Source of the DNA: Octopus vulgaris | Lineage: Eukaryota | Reading direction: 5' to 3' | NCBI GenBank assembly: GCA_951406725.2 | Contig: OX597842.1 | Span: forward strand, 1,550,001 to 1,614,000 | Length of the DNA stretch: 64,000 nt | Notes under the pieces: generated by a model | The model's database searches: none | The model's input: the letters and a program-made list of their open reading frames with translations, nothing else | What the model was told of the DNA's origin: nothing | Shown: positions 11,981-26,039 of the stretch, piece after piece | Position numbering within the stretch: the first letter of the stretch is position 1 | Layout of the letters: the number at the start of each line of letters is the position of its first letter | Made by a program: the position numbers and the translations under genes

Positions 11981-13077
11981 ATTGAATACAACTTAGACCA
12001 AAAGCAAATTTGCACAATTTTCTTATTCCAGTTCAAGCTAGGCTGAAAAGCTGCTGAAACAGCTCACGATATCAACGATGCGTGTGGCCCAGGAACCACT
12101 AATGAACGTACAGTACAATGGTGGTTGAAGAAATTTCGAAGCGGTGACGAGAGTCTTGAATCTGAAAAGCTTAGTGGTTGGCCATCAGATGTTGACAACG
12201 ATAAACTTAGAGCCTTAGTGAAAGCCAATCCAAGCACAACTGTTTGAGAGCTTGCGTCAGAATTCAACATAACGTATACAATAATTTCCAACCACTTGGA
12301 AGAGATTGGGAAAACAAAAATACCTGAGAAATGGGTGCCACACGAATTGAATGGCAATGAAAAAAAACAGTTTTGAAGTGTCATCTTCCCTTCTTTTACA
12401 CAACAAGAACGACCCGTTTCTTGACCGGATTGTGACTTGCGATGAAACATGGATTCTTTATGACAACCGGTGATGCTCAGCTCAGTGGTTGGACGCCGAC
12501 GAAGCTCCACAAGACTTCCCAAAGCCAAAGTTACCCCAAAAGAAGGTCGTAGTGACTGTTTGGTGGTCTGCAGCTGGTCTCATCCATCACAGCCTTTTGG
12601 ATCCAGGTGAAACCATTACGGCGGAGAAGTACCGTCGGCAAGGGGATGAAATGCAGAAGAAACTCCGACAACAGCCAGCATTGGTCAATAGAAAAGGACC
12701 AATTTTTCTCCACGACAAAGCTCGGCTGCACGTCACGCAGCTGACCCTGCAGAAGTTGAACACATTGGGCTACGAAACTCTGCCTCATCCGCCATACTCA
12801 CCAGTCCTCCCGCCTACCACTTTTTCAAGCATCTTGACAACTTCCTGTGTGAGAAATGCTTCAAAAACCAAGACGGTGCTAAACACGCCTTCAATGACTT
12901 CATTGCCACCAGAACACAGGATTTTTACATTACTAGCATAAATAAACTTGCTTAGCATTGGCAAAAGTGTGTTGATTCTGATGGTGTTTATTTCGATTAA
13001 TAAAGTTTTGTTTAAGCCAAGATATGTGCATCTGTATTTAAAGGTTAAAAACTGCAAGAACTTTCTTGACAACCTAA
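11981..13077 (+). pseudogene. Decayed mariner transposon (Hsmar1/cecropia-like transposase) with 3' ITR
   Basis: Translates to ERTVQWW.KKFRSGDESLE, KWVPHEL, RIVTCDETWILYDNR, LHD.AR.H, LPHPPYSP, YHFFKHLDNFL, WQKCVDSDG.YFD* with stops and frameshifts; ends aaaaactgcaagaactttcttgacaacctaa-TA; no 5' ITR seen. Confidence 0.93.
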
Positions 13078-13113
<36 letters not shown>

Positions 13114-13119
13114 CACATA

Positions 13120-13537
13120 TACTCTTTACTCTTTTACTCTTTTACTTGTTTCAGTCATTTGACTGCAGCCATGCTGGAGCACCACCTTTAATCGAGCAAC
13201 TCGACCCCGGGACTTATTCTTTGTAAGCCCAGTACTTATTCTATCAGTCTCTTTTGCCGAACCGCTAAGTGACTGGGACATAAACACACCAGCATCTGTT
13301 GTCAAGCAATGCTAGGGGGACAAACACAGACACACAAACATACACGCACACACACATATATATATATATATATACGACAGGCTTCTTTCAGTTTCCGTCT
13401 ACCAAATCCACTCACAAGGCTTTGGTCGGCCCGAGGCTATAGTAGAAGACAATTGCCCAAAGTGCCACGCAGAGGGACTGAACCCGGAGCCATGTGGTTG
13501 GTAAGCAAGCTACTTACCACACAGCCACTCCTATGCC
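13120..13537 (-). mobile_element. SINE family A, full length
   Basis: tRNA-like head, ccttgggcaa CORE-like block, internal (TA)/(CA) tract, (gagtaaaa)n tail. Confidence 0.92.
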
Positions 13538-13619
13538 TTATATATATGTTCTCACATTGTGATTTAATCCTTCATGTGTTAACATGTAGCTCCTGGCGAC
13601 AATGTAATCTTTCTTTTAA

Positions 13620-14221
13620 CCCTTTTGTGACTGTATTTCTGTTGAGATGCTTTGTGCTTCAATTAATCTCTCTCTATATAAACGGCAGTTTGTCTGTGCG
13701 TGTTTCTGTGTGTCTGTTTGCTTGTACCCTCACCCTGACCACGGCTTTCAACCGATTCTGATGAAACTTGACACACACATAACCCAATGTCATAATTCAA
13801 AACTAACGCAGCGAAAATTTTGAAAAGTTCCCCCAGTTCTGAAAAAAAATCGATAAATTCAACATGGGGTCGAGAATCAGAAACACGAACCACAAACTGT
13901 CTAGGGGACGCAACTCCACCTTTTTTAAATCTCAAAAAAATATTTACCATCATTTTTTCCCATTTTTTTGCTATTTTTTGGCTACAACTCTCTAAAAATG
14001 CTTTATAGTTATTTCCCTTACAAACCTGAGCAACGCCGGGCGATACTGCTAGTTTTAAATATAACAAACATTTTGGAAAATAACTTCGTTATCATTCAGC
14101 TAATGTTAGGAACATAAATTGTGACTAAGGTTTGGTGGAAGATTTTAATTCAAAACTTTTGAAAACAAGACATTTGTACTACAGAGCCAGAGGTGGTTCA
14201 GGTGTGTTGGAATCAAAACAG
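13620..14221. mobile_element. piggyBac-like MITE hosting a Helitron
   Basis: TTAA|ccctttt ... caaaacag|TTAA; right TIR degenerate. Confidence 0.5.
13667..14052 (+). mobile_element. Non-autonomous Helitron
   Basis: a|TCtctctctatata ... cctgagcaacgccggg hairpin ... CTAG|t; A/T insertion site, no TSD. Confidence 0.85.
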
Positions 14222-14257
14222 TTAATCAAGATACATATATATATATCCTTTCTAATA

Positions 14258-14760
14258 AGTGCAGGAGTGGCTGTGTGGTAAGTAGCTGGCTTACCAACCA
14301 CATGGTTCCAAGTTCATTCCCACTGCATGGCACCTTGGGCAAGTGTCTTCTACTATAGCCTCGGGCCGACCTAAGCCTTGTGATCGGAAGATTGTAGTTT
14401 TGATTCCTGGACCAGGCGACGCATTGTGTTCTTGAGCAAAACACTTCATTTCGCGTTGCTCCAGTCCACTCAGCTGGTAAAAATGTGTAACGTTGCGATG
14501 GACTGGTGTCCTGTCCATCTGGGGAACACATATGCCATTGAAACTGGGAAGCCGAGCCCATGAGCTTGGCTAGGTTTTAAAAGGGCTCATTTAAACATTT
14601 TTTTTTTGTGTTTGTGTCTCCATAACTTAGCATTTCAACAAAAGGGGCAGATAGAATAAGTACCAGGTTTGAAACAAAAATAAACTAAGGGCACGGGTCA
14701 ATTCATTTGACTATAATTTCTTCAAGTTGATGCTTCAGCATGGCCACAGTCTAATGGCTG
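14258..14760 (+). mobile_element. SINE A head fused to SINE C body, then a diverged SINE A tail
   Basis: ggagtggctgtgtggtaagtagc...; gattcctggaccaggcgacgcattgtgttcttgagc...ttggctaggttttaaaaggg. Confidence 0.7.
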
Positions 14761-14769
14761 AAACCATTC

Positions 14770-15057
14770 CCACACGTACAATCATGTACAGACACATGGA
14801 CACACACGGACACTTTGATACAGACGCATACACTGATAGACAGATGTACATATGCACACACTCAGACAAAGGCACACAAAGCTACACACATACATACATA
14901 CATAGTCACATATCCATCCACACACACACAACCATACACATGCATCTTCATATACGTAGTCATATACACACTATAACCATAGTCACACACACACATACAG
15001 TGTCACACACACACACAGTGTCACACAGAACATAAAAGCACATACACACTTCAGTCA

Positions 15058-15096
<39 letters not shown>

Positions 15097-15885
15097 TCAG
15101 ATACATAGACACACACAACACAGACTGACTCACACACATATTGTTGCATACATACACACACACACACTCACTTGTACCCAGCAATTGCATCTAGTCATGC
15201 ACACACATTCAGACATATAGTTACATTCATACACATACAGACACACACACAAACACACACACACACACACACACCCATTCACACACAAAATTTACATTCA
15301 AACACAGTCATACACACACACACTTATTCACAAACACACATTTACAATTTTACAGTCACACACATGCATATATTCACATAACCACAGACATACAAACACA
15401 CACATACTGACAGTTACATTCATACACATACACACACATTCACAGTTTCATTTATACACATACACACACACACATTCACACACATGAAATTACATTCATA
15501 CACATACAATCACACATGCACTTTCACACACACACACACACACATAGACACACACAAGTCCATACACAGCCTCACACACACACACACACAAGCATATACG
15601 CATTCCTTCACAGTTCTACATGCACATACACACACGGATACATTCATACATACACACAAAAACACACATACAGTTACATTCATAAACATATTCACACACA
15701 TGAAATCACATTCATACACACATAATAACACATGCACTTTCACACACACATACACATAGACACACACAAGTTCCTACACAACCTCACACACATTCCTATA
15801 CTCAGACACACAAACACACACACATTCTTATATACAGTCACATATATACACATATATATACACCCATACATACACAGATACATGA
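14770..15885. repeat. CA-rich degenerate microsatellite
   Basis: Direct read. Confidence 0.9.
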
Positions 15886-16189
15886 GTCAAGCTACAGGTC
15901 TTCCTATAACCCTGCATGTTCCCCCTCTCCCCCACCCCGCAGTCCCAGACAAACACTGATCTGACATCAAGAATGGAGGAGAGGTGAGGGTTTCAAATCA
16001 CCTTACCTCTGAACCTCACTACATCAATTTAAAATGACACCACCGCCACTACTACTACCCAGACATACGAAACCACCATCTCCACCACAACTACCGCCAA
16101 TGCCACCACCACAACCACAAGTGTCACTACCACAACTCCATGCCACTAACACCAATATCACTACCACCAACAGCATTAGCATACACTTA

Positions 16190-16366
16190 TAGGTGCAGGA
16201 GTGGCTGTGTGGTAAGTAGCTTGCTTACCAAGCACATGGTTCTGGGTTCAGTCCCACTGCGTGGCACCTTGGGCAAGTGTCTTCTACTATAGCCTCGGGC
16301 CAACCAAAGCCTTATGAATGGATTTAGTAGACGGAAACTGAAATAAACCCATCGTATATATGTATG

Positions 16367-16427
<61 letters not shown>

Positions 16428-16630
16428 CTGTGTTTGTCCCCCCTCCCTACATCGCTTGACAACTGATGCTGGTGTGTTTACATGCCCGTAACTTAGCGGT
16501 TCGGCAAAAGAGACTGATAGAATAAGTACTAGGCTTAGAAAGAACAAGTCCTGGAGTTGATTTGCTCGACTAAAGGCGGTGCTCTAGCATGGCCACAGTC
16601 ACATGACTGAAACCAGTAAAAGAGTAAAGG
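16190..16630 (+). mobile_element. SINE family A, full length
   Basis: Consensus match from head to tail. Confidence 0.92.
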
Positions 16631-17017
16631 AAGTAAAAAGTATACACTGTTACCACCACCATAACCAACACTACAAGCACCACCACTAACAACAACTACC
16701 ACCGACACTACCACCACCACTAACACAACTACTACCATCATCATCACACACAATGCTACTACCACCACCGCTACCACCAATACCAACATCATTACCACAC
16801 CACTAGCAATGTCACAACCTAGACACTACCACCCCATCTACTATTACTTATACATAAGCCAACCACACTACACCACACTCCACACACACACTTCACTTAG
16901 CCATTGCAAGACTAATAACCTGGTGTAGAACTCAATATGTGTGTCTGTGAGTTAGAGTTTGGCATGTGTGAGTCATTCTGTATTAGCGATTGTCTCAGAG
17001 TACCTGCATACACATAT

Positions 17018-17362
17018 ACTCTTTACTCTTTTACTTGTTTCAGTCATTTGACTGCGGTCATGCTGGAGCACTGCCTTTAATCGAGCAACTTGACCCCGGG
17101 ACTTATTCTTTTGCCGAACCACTAAGTAACGGGGACGTAAACACACCAGCAACGGTTGTCAAGCAATGCTAGGGGGACAAACACAGACACACAAACACAC
17201 ACATGCATATATAGGACAGGCTTCTTTCATTTTCCGTCTACCAAATCCACTCACAAGGCATTGGTCGGCCCGGGGCTATAGTAGAAGACACTTACCCAAG
17301 GTGGGACTGAACCTGGAACCATGTGGCTGGTAAACAAGCTACTTACCACACAGCCACTCCTA
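17018..17362 (-). mobile_element. SINE family A with internal deletions
   Basis: Consensus match. Confidence 0.9.
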
Positions 17363-17522
17363 TTTCCACTGATGCATTTAATTACCTTTTGGTTATACCC
17401 TTTCCTTATATACACCTGTATTAACTTTCTCATTGTTGATACCATTCCTTAATTACACACAAATGTAATTTTTCCTCAAATAAATCGCATTTCATATTCA
17501 AGGCTCTAATGAAGTTATAAGG

Positions 17523-17688
17523 CAGTGTTCCTCAACCAGGGATCCCCGGAAACCTATGGTCCTGCAAAATGTTCCTAGGTATTCCATGAGAAAGAGCGAG
17601 ATAAGCTAATGCTAATTTCATGATCGTAATGTATATATATATATATATTTGGTAAAATTTATTAATTATTAAATTAATAATTAGTTAC

Positions 17689-17735
<47 letters not shown>

Positions 17736-18256
17736 TATATATATATATTGGTCCAACCCATGCTAGCATGGAAAGCGGACGCTAAACGATGATGATGATG
17801 ATGATATATACACACATACATACATATACACATACATACATATACACATACATACATATATGTAAATATACACACACACACATATATATGATAATATAAA
17901 GCCATGAGCTGGCAGAAATGTAAGCACCCTGGGTGAAATGCTTAGTGGTATTTCGTCTGTCTTTATGTTCTGAGTTCAAATTCCACCGAGGTTGACTTTG
18001 CCTTTCATCCGTCTGGGGTCGATAAATTTAGTACCAGTTGCATACTGCGGTCGATTTAATCAACTGCCCCCCACCCCAAATTTTGGGCCTTGCGCCTAGA
18101 GTAGAAAAGAATATATATATATGATATTTTCCATGTGATTTACGATGAAAAAATATGAGAAACACATGATATATAATTTTTTTTTGTGCAGGGTTTCCTT
18201 GAGATATGTAGTTTATTTTAAGGGTTACGCAAGGGTAAAAAGGTTGACAAACATTG
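17523..18256. mobile_element. hAT/Charlie-like MITE with nested microsatellite and SINE B
   Basis: Termini cagtgttcctcaacc ... ggttgacaaacattg; TSD not clear. Confidence 0.55.
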
Positions 18257-18334
18257 CTAGGAGGTGTTTTTCAGGCACTCAACTATGTGTCCATTCCCTC
18301 TTATAACAAAAACAGCTGTAAGCTAATGAAGTTA

Positions 18335-18481
18335 TGCGTAGGAGTGGCTGTGTGGTAAGTAGCTTGCTTACCAACCACATGGTTCCGGGTTCAATCCCAC
18401 TGCGTGGCACCTTGGGCAAGTGTCTTCTACTATAGCCTCAGGAGGGAGTGGATTTGATAGAGGGAAACTGAAAGAAGCCCG

Positions 18482-18527
<46 letters not shown>

Positions 18528-18740
18528 GTGTATATGTTTGTGTGTCTGTGTTTGTCCCCATAACATTGCTTGACAACCGATGCTGGTGTGTTTACGCCCC
18601 CGTAACTTAGCAGTTCGGCAAAAGAGACTGATAGATTAAGTACTAGGCTCACAAAGAATAAGTCCTGGGCTCGATTTGCTTGACTAAAGGCAGTGCTCCA
18701 GCATGGTCGCAGTCAAATGACTGAAACAAGTAAAAGAGAA
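18335..18740 (+). mobile_element. SINE family A
   Basis: Consensus match. Confidence 0.9.
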
Positions 18741-18881
18741 GTTCATAAGATAATCATTTATTCCATTGTTGTCTCTTATAAATACACACACACGCACACA
18801 TATATACATAATTATAACAATAATATATATATATATAAATATTACATATATTATATATAAAACTTCTTGTATAATTATATA

Positions 18882-19297
18882 TACTCTTTCTTTTTACTCT
18901 TTTACTTGTTTCAGTCATTTGACTGCGGCCATGCTGGAGCACCGCCTTTAATCAAGCAACTCGACCCCGGGACTTATTCTTTTTGTAAGCCCAGTACTTA
19001 TTCTATCGGTCTCTTTTGCCGAACCGCTAAGTAACAGGGACATAAACACACCAGCATCGGTTGTCAAGCAATGCTAGGGGGACAAACACAGACACACAAA
19101 CAAACACACATACATATATATATATACATATATACGACAGGCTTTTTCAGTTTCGGTCTACCAAATCCACTCACAAGGCATTGGTCGGCCCGAGGCTATA
19201 GCAGAAGACACTTGCCCAAGATGCCACGCTGTGGGACTGAACCCGGAACCATGTGGTTGGTTAGCAAGCTACTTACCACACAGCCACTCCTGCGCCT
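18882..19297 (-). mobile_element. SINE family A, full length
   Basis: Consensus match. Confidence 0.92.
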
Positions 19298-19420
19298 GTA
19301 TATAATTATATATAATGAACTTCTTGTATAAGTTTTTACTGAATATGGTTCCTTTCCATACCGAAACTACTTGGTGAAATTTATTAATTATAAATTAATA
19401 ATTTTTTACCCTATATCTAT

Positions 19421-19480
<60 letters not shown>

Positions 19481-19503
19481 GTGTGTGTGTTTATATATAT
19501 ATT

Positions 19504-19537
<34 letters not shown>

Positions 19538-19574
19538 CATATATGTCACTCCTGGCAAAAGTTATACATATAGT

Positions 19575-19680
19575 ACCTCTTGACACTTTCCATTTCCACA
19601 AGGACATACACGTTTCCCATAAACTCTTTTCCAAAAAACTTCCACCAACTTGTAACAAAACCAAGTCCCAGAGACAATGC
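19575..19680 (+). pseudogene. Possible I-group LINE ORF2 C-terminal scrap
   Basis: With one frameshift reads QGHTR.SHKLFSKKLPPTCN, resembling the GHTRLTH...PP.C motif. Confidence 0.3.
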
Positions 19681-20589
19681 TTTGATACCAAGGGACACAA
19701 CTCTTGACGTAATCTCCTTCTTGATTCATTTCATCATTTTTTTTCCCCACAGCATCCACAAATTGGATGTCTATTCACCTCCAACAAGTGCAAGCAGTCT
19801 CCATATTTCATTCCATGAAGGCTACCTCTAAAGAGTACAGGGTCACATAATCAGAATGTTACCAAACAATTCGTTGACCTCCTAGTGTGAAACCGATTGT
19901 ATGTATATTTCTTTACTACCCACAAGGGGCTAAACACAGAGAGGACAAACAAGGACAAACAAAGGGATTAAGTCGATTACATCGACCCCAGTGTGAGACA
20001 ATGAACGAGACCTCTACATGGTAGCAAGACCTGTTAGAAATAGCAACCAATTCTCCCTCAAATCACACCCTACTGTCTTATGTATGTATATATGTATGAG
20101 CCAATGCGAGAGACCTCTTTACGGTAGCTATACCTGGTAGAAATAGCAGCCAAATGTCCCTCAAATTCAACCATCCTGTCATAATTGAAGAAAGAGATAT
20201 TAAAGAATGTAATCCAAAATATAAATAACGAGAAGGGATGGTCATGGCTAGAATGACCCTGATAATGCATCCGTTTGATCCACACCTGGTCTAAATAGCG
20301 ATTTCTTTTACAGGTACAAACCCAGATAGTTCATGAGACGGAAATAGCTGGTACATATTTATCAAGACAGAGCATAAAGTCTTGGACTACTTCAGGTACA
20401 GGACATGCTAGAAATCATAACCACACTAACCTCAAATCACAGAATTCTATATTGAAGATTGAAGGACAGGTTGAATTTAATACAATACCAAACATGAAAA
20501 GCTTGGAAAGAAAGATGAGAGATCTTCATTGGATTGCCTTTAACAACAGCAACAACAACAACAACAACAACAACAACCATAGCCACGAA

Positions 20590-21585
20590 TACCTAACAAT
20601 CAATACTATACATTAGATAATGTAGTCCTAGGTACACTATGCCTGAATAAAAAACGGGATTGTCGCAGCTGGAACATCTTTGATCATAGGTCGACTGGAT
20701 TAGGACTGACCTGGGGCTAAGCAACAACAGCAACAACCATAGCCACTAATACAGACTACGGATACTGTACATTAGATAATGTAGTCCTAGATACACTATG
20801 CCTGAATAAAAGATGGGATGGTCACAGCTGGAACATCTTTGATCATAGGTTGACTGGATTAGGACTGACCTGGGGCTAAGCAACAACAACAACAACCATA
20901 ACCACTAATACAGACTACAATACTGTACATTGGATAATGTAGTCCTAGATACACTATGACTGAATAAAAGATGGGATGGTCACAGCTGGAACGTCTTTGA
21001 TCATAAGCCTATCTGGATCTAGACACACCACTAATACTAACTACTATACTGAACATTAGATAATGTAGTCCTAGATACACTATGCCTGAATAAAAGATGG
21101 AATGGTCACAGCTGGAACATCTTCGTTCATAAGTCTGTTAGGCCAAGACTGACCTGTGGCTAAACAACAATACTAACTATTATACTGCACATTAGATAAT
21201 ATAGTCCAAGATAGACTATGTCTTAATAAAAAGACAGGATGGTCACAAGTGGAACATCTTTGATCATAGGTCTGTTGGACCAGGACTGACCTGGGGCTAA
21301 ACAACAATACTAACTATTATACTGCACATTAGATAATATAGTCCAAGATAGACTATGTCTGAATAAAAAGACATGATGGTCACAAGTAGAACATCTTTGA
21401 TCATAGGTCTGTTGGACAAGGACTGACCTGGGGCTAAACAACAGTAACTATTATACTGCACATTAGATAATATAGTCCTAGATAGACTATGCCCGAATAT
21501 AAAGACATGATGGTCACAAGTAGAACATCTTTGATCATAGGTCTGTTGGACCAGGACTGACCTGGGGCTAAATAACAACAATACC
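20590..21585 (+). repeat. ~120-bp-unit minisatellite (about 8 units) from the 3' part of a dispersed repeat
   Basis: Unit cattagataatgtagtcctagatacactatg...gatcataggtc...gactgacctggggctaaacaac; related single copies near 3660-3740 (-) and 20200-20300. Confidence 0.9.
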
Positions 21586-21769
21586 CACCACAACAAGTGC
21601 CACCACCACCACTACCACCGCTACCAGTTCCATCTCCATCTTCACGGCCCCAGGGAGGTAACTAGTATAATGTTATGTCCATGTCATTCTTTGACAGAAC
21701 TATCCATCATACTTGTAGCTTTGTTTCTACATCATTACATCCATTTTATCTCTTCCAGTTATCTGTCTA

Positions 21770-22014
21770 TACATACATATACACACATATATATACATAC
21801 ATATATATACATATATATATATGTATGTATTTATCTATAGTTATATTACACACATAATATAAACATACAAGCACTCACACAGATATATGTAATTACGTAT
21901 AATAATATATATTATATATAATTATATCTGTAAATATATATATATATATACGCACAATAATATACACTAGATTGTATATAAAAGTAAATTTATATACATC
22001 TTCATATATTCCCT

Positions 22015-22057
<43 letters not shown>

Positions 22058-22319
22058 TTCACATATATATACACATATGTGTGTCCATATATGCAGTCAT
22101 ATATGTATATACACACATACACATTCATACATATATATATAAATACATGTATACACACATATGCATTATATGTACATATATAAATATACATACATGCATA
22201 TTTATAAAGATATAGATATATAGATGTATATGCACACATATATATATATATCATGTATATATCAATACACACATACTTATATAAATATATCCATATACCT
22301 TTCACAGTATGTGTGTGCG

Positions 22320-22351
<32 letters not shown>

Positions 22352-22373
22352 CACACATATGTATATATGTTTG

Positions 22374-22424
<51 letters not shown>

Positions 22425-22624
22425 ATACACACACACACACACGGACACGTGTGTGTGTATATAAATATATGTATACATGTTCCCACATATATACACGCCT
22501 GAGTATGACAGTATTTGAAAATTCTAAGCTTCATTAGCCAAGTTACAGGAAACAGAGATGATGTAGGTTAAAACTGCGATCCTTCAGTTATTAGACATGT
22601 ATGGAGTGTCTAGGGGGCTGTCGT

Positions 22625-22657
<33 letters not shown>

Positions 22658-22715
22658 GATACTGAGTGAGACATATATGTATAACGAAATATGTATATAT
22701 ATGTATATGCATGCA

Positions 22716-22761
<46 letters not shown>

Positions 22762-22879
22762 TATGTATATATATATAGGTGTGTGTGTGTACAAGTTTAT
22801 ATATATCAGTGCTGTGTATATAATCATGCTGTGTATATATTATATATTTGTATACAGATAGCCAAAGGTCTTAGTATGA

Positions 22880-22931
<52 letters not shown>

Positions 22932-23310
22932 TTTTAATGTTTGTATGTATATGTGCATACATATACATACATACACAAGCTTATATATGAGTATACACAT
23001 ATTGCAAGTATATATATACATATATATATATATATATACGTTTACAGATAAACAAAGACCTACTGAGTATATACATACACACACGCATATGTATACACAC
23101 ACATATATTTATTTGGTATAATGTTTGTGTGTGTATATATATATATACCTACGTAAATGTATACATATGAGTATGCTATATTTTGTCTGTGTGTGTATAC
23201 ATACATATACATACACACACACACATATGCATGCATGCATTCATAAAAGTACATACATACACGCATTCACAAACCTACATACATATGTACATACATACAT
23301 ATGGTGTATG
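21770..23310. repeat. Compound (TA)n/(CA)n microsatellite region
   Basis: Direct read. Confidence 0.9.
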
Positions 23311-23469
23311 TGTCCGTTACATTGAACATCCTTTCATATTTGGTAAACTTTGATATAAAATGCAGTGAAAAATTGTTTCTCTCTCCATAACTGCACACAA
23401 AGCTTAATGAAGCGTGGCCATACAGATGCCTCTTTGAATAACACCAGAAAGAAGAATAGTCAGAGTAAC

Positions 23470-23522
<53 letters not shown>

Positions 23523-23600
23523 CGGCAGAAGTAGCACTCATAGTACAAAGTGCGCTTCACATAGCAACCCGATAATATTTCCATACTTCAGCATAAAACA

Positions 23601-23634
<34 letters not shown>

Positions 23635-23734
23635 TAAGTTTGCTTCCCAACCACGTGATTCCAGGTTCAGTCCCACGGCATGGCATCTTGGGCAAGTGTT
23701 TTCTACTATAACCTCAGGTTGACCAAAGCCTTGT

Positions 23735-24039
23735 TTGTTTGTTCCTTCTCGAGCCATGCCTGGCTCATAAGGGCCAGTTTCCCTGGTTTCCTTGGCGTAT
23801 AGGTTCCCCACCTGGATGGGGTGCCGGTCCGTCGCAGGTGAGCAAGATGCAGGAGGAAAGAGTGAGAGAAATTTGTGGCGAAAGAGTCAGCAGAAGTTGA
23901 CCATTACCTTCTGCCGGAGCCGCGTGGAGCTTAGGTGTTTTGCTCATAAACACACACACATTGCCCAGTCTGAGATTCAAACTCGCGATCCCTTGACTGC
24001 GAGTCTGCTGCTCTGACCACTAGGCCATGTGCCTTCACA
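23735..24039 (-). mobile_element. SINE family C variant inserted in a SINE A head
   Basis: Host sequence ccaaagccttg duplicated on both sides; reverse head ...accactaggccatgtgccttcac. Confidence 0.8.
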
Positions 24040-24415
24040 CCAAAGCCTTGTGAGTGGAATTGGTAAACAGAAACTCAGAAAGCTTATTGTCATCATCATC
24101 ATCATTTAACGTCTGTTGGACGGTTTGACTGAGGTCTACAGAGCCAGCAGCTGCACCTGGCTCCAATCTGGTCTGGCAGAGTTTCTACAGCTGGATGCCC
24201 TTCCTAACGCCAACCACTTAGAGAGTGTAGTGGGTATATATAATGAGAGATGGAAGATGGAAGAAACAAGAATTGTTATTAATCACTACAATTGTCTCAA
24301 CCCACCTAGCATTAATCCCTCATGGGTGGGATATTTAACAACTGGTTCAGAAGCATCCAACGGTTGCAAATGTGGCTCTTCAGGTGATAAAAAATAGATA
24401 TAACTCATTAAAATA

Positions 24416-24649
24416 CCTATTTCTTTACTACCCACAAGGGGCTAAACACAGAGGGGACAAACAAGGACAGACATAGGTATTAAGTTGATTACATCGACCC
24501 CAGTGTGTAACTGGTACTTAATTTATCGACCCCGAAAGGATGAAAGGCAAAGTCGACCTCGGCGGAATTTGAACACAGAACATAACGGCAGACGAAATAC
24601 TGCTAAGTATTTCGCCTGGTGTGCTAACGTTTCTGCCAGCTCGCCACCT
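24416..24649 (-). mobile_element. SINE family B, full length, 15-bp TSD
   Basis: TSD taactcattaaaata at 24401 and 24650; central gtcgactttgcctttcatcctttcggggtcgataaattaagtacc. Confidence 0.9.
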
Positions 24650-24699
24650 TAACTCATTAAAATAACAGTTCTGCAAGGTATCTTTTCAGTTATATATAA

Positions 24700-26020
24700 G
24701 GAGTATGATGAGGTAGAATTTCATGAATTTTAATTTACATTTTGATTTAAATACAGCTTAATATCGACCTACATATGTTTCCCCTTCATTGGTCTATGTA
24801 AATTAATCTGGTTTATTCAAGGTAGAATTAGGGACTATACTATCAACTGGGAATTAATTAGTACTGTTGAACCTTATAGACCAGGGAGAAATAGATATGA
24901 TTAATGCATAGAAGAATTTTACCAGATTTTTACATCAGAATATAATATAATAAATTCTAGGGAAGAACAAGCTTTAATATAAATAAGTTTTTAAGTAATC
25001 AAACACTCATAAGATATTACACGAAATTAAATATTTTGAAATAACCAACTCTATGACACAAACAAAAGAAATTATCCAATCGATATTTGGAATTCAAAAT
25101 AAAGTTTATGTTGGAATTAACATTTACTATTACTTCATTTGTGAAGGTGCATGACCTAGTGGTTAGAGCAGCAGACTTGCGGTTGAGGGGTCACAGGTTC
25201 GAATCTCAAACTGGGCGATGTGTGTGTTTATGAGCGAAACACCTAAGTCCCATGCGGCTCTGGCAGAAGGCAACGGCGAAACTTCTGCTGACTCTTTTGC
25301 CACAACTTTCTCTCACTCTTTCCCCCTGAATCGTGCAGCTCACCTGCAAAGGACTGGTGTCCCGTCCAGGTGGGGAACCTATATGCCAAGGAAACCAGGA
25401 AACCGGCCCTATGAGCTTGTGGCTTGAGAAGGAACAAACATTACTTCATTTAGCAGAATACTAAAATTAACATAAAATTATGACCTATTCAATCATCATC
25501 ATCATCATCGTTTAACGTCCATTCTCCATGCTAGCATGGGTTGGACGGTTCGACCGGGGATCTGGGAAGCCAGAAGGCTGCACCAGGCTCCGGTCCTATC
25601 TGGCAATGTTTCTACAGCTGGATGCCCTTCCCAACGCCAACCACTCCATGAGTGTAGTGGGTGCTTTTTACGTGCATCTTGCACTGGTGCCAGGCGAGGC
25701 TGGCATCGGCCACGGTCGGATTGGTGCATTTTATGTGCCACCTGCACAGAAGCCAGTCGAGGCGGCACTGGCTTCGGCCACGATTCGGATGGTGCCTTTC
25801 ACGTGCCACCGACACGGAAGCCAGTCGAGGCGGCGCTGGCATCGTCCACCTGAAAGGATATTACAGTGAAGACCCTGAAGAAACTACACCAGTATTACAG
25901 CAAAGCTGCAATTGTAAGAGTTACAAACCATTGTAATGGAAACATGTGTAGGTCAAAATTAAGCTGTATTTAAATCAAACTGTAAAATATAATTCATGAA
26001 ATGCTATTTCCTCATGCTCA
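24700..26020 (+). mobile_element. Old PLE-like insert with inverted ends, containing nested SINE C (25141-25437) and family D (25493-25850)
   Basis: 24700-24782 is the diverged reverse complement of 25938-26020; hammerhead motif at 25871. Confidence 0.6.
25871..25954 (+). ncRNA. Type-I hammerhead motif with long stem II
   Basis: gacc-CTGAAGA-(~57 nt)-GAAACatgtGTA-ggtc; stem I gacc/ggtc pairs perfectly. Confidence 0.6.
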
Positions 26021-26039
26021 TTATTATTATATATATTCA

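Noticed and set aside
13490-13537. SINE heads as real tRNA genes
   Set aside because: A/B boxes are present but there is no full cloverleaf, and they continue into SINE bodies
20590-21585. CRISPR-like regular array (also 60661-61638)
   Set aside because: Whole units repeat with no unique spacers, no cas genes, eukaryotic context
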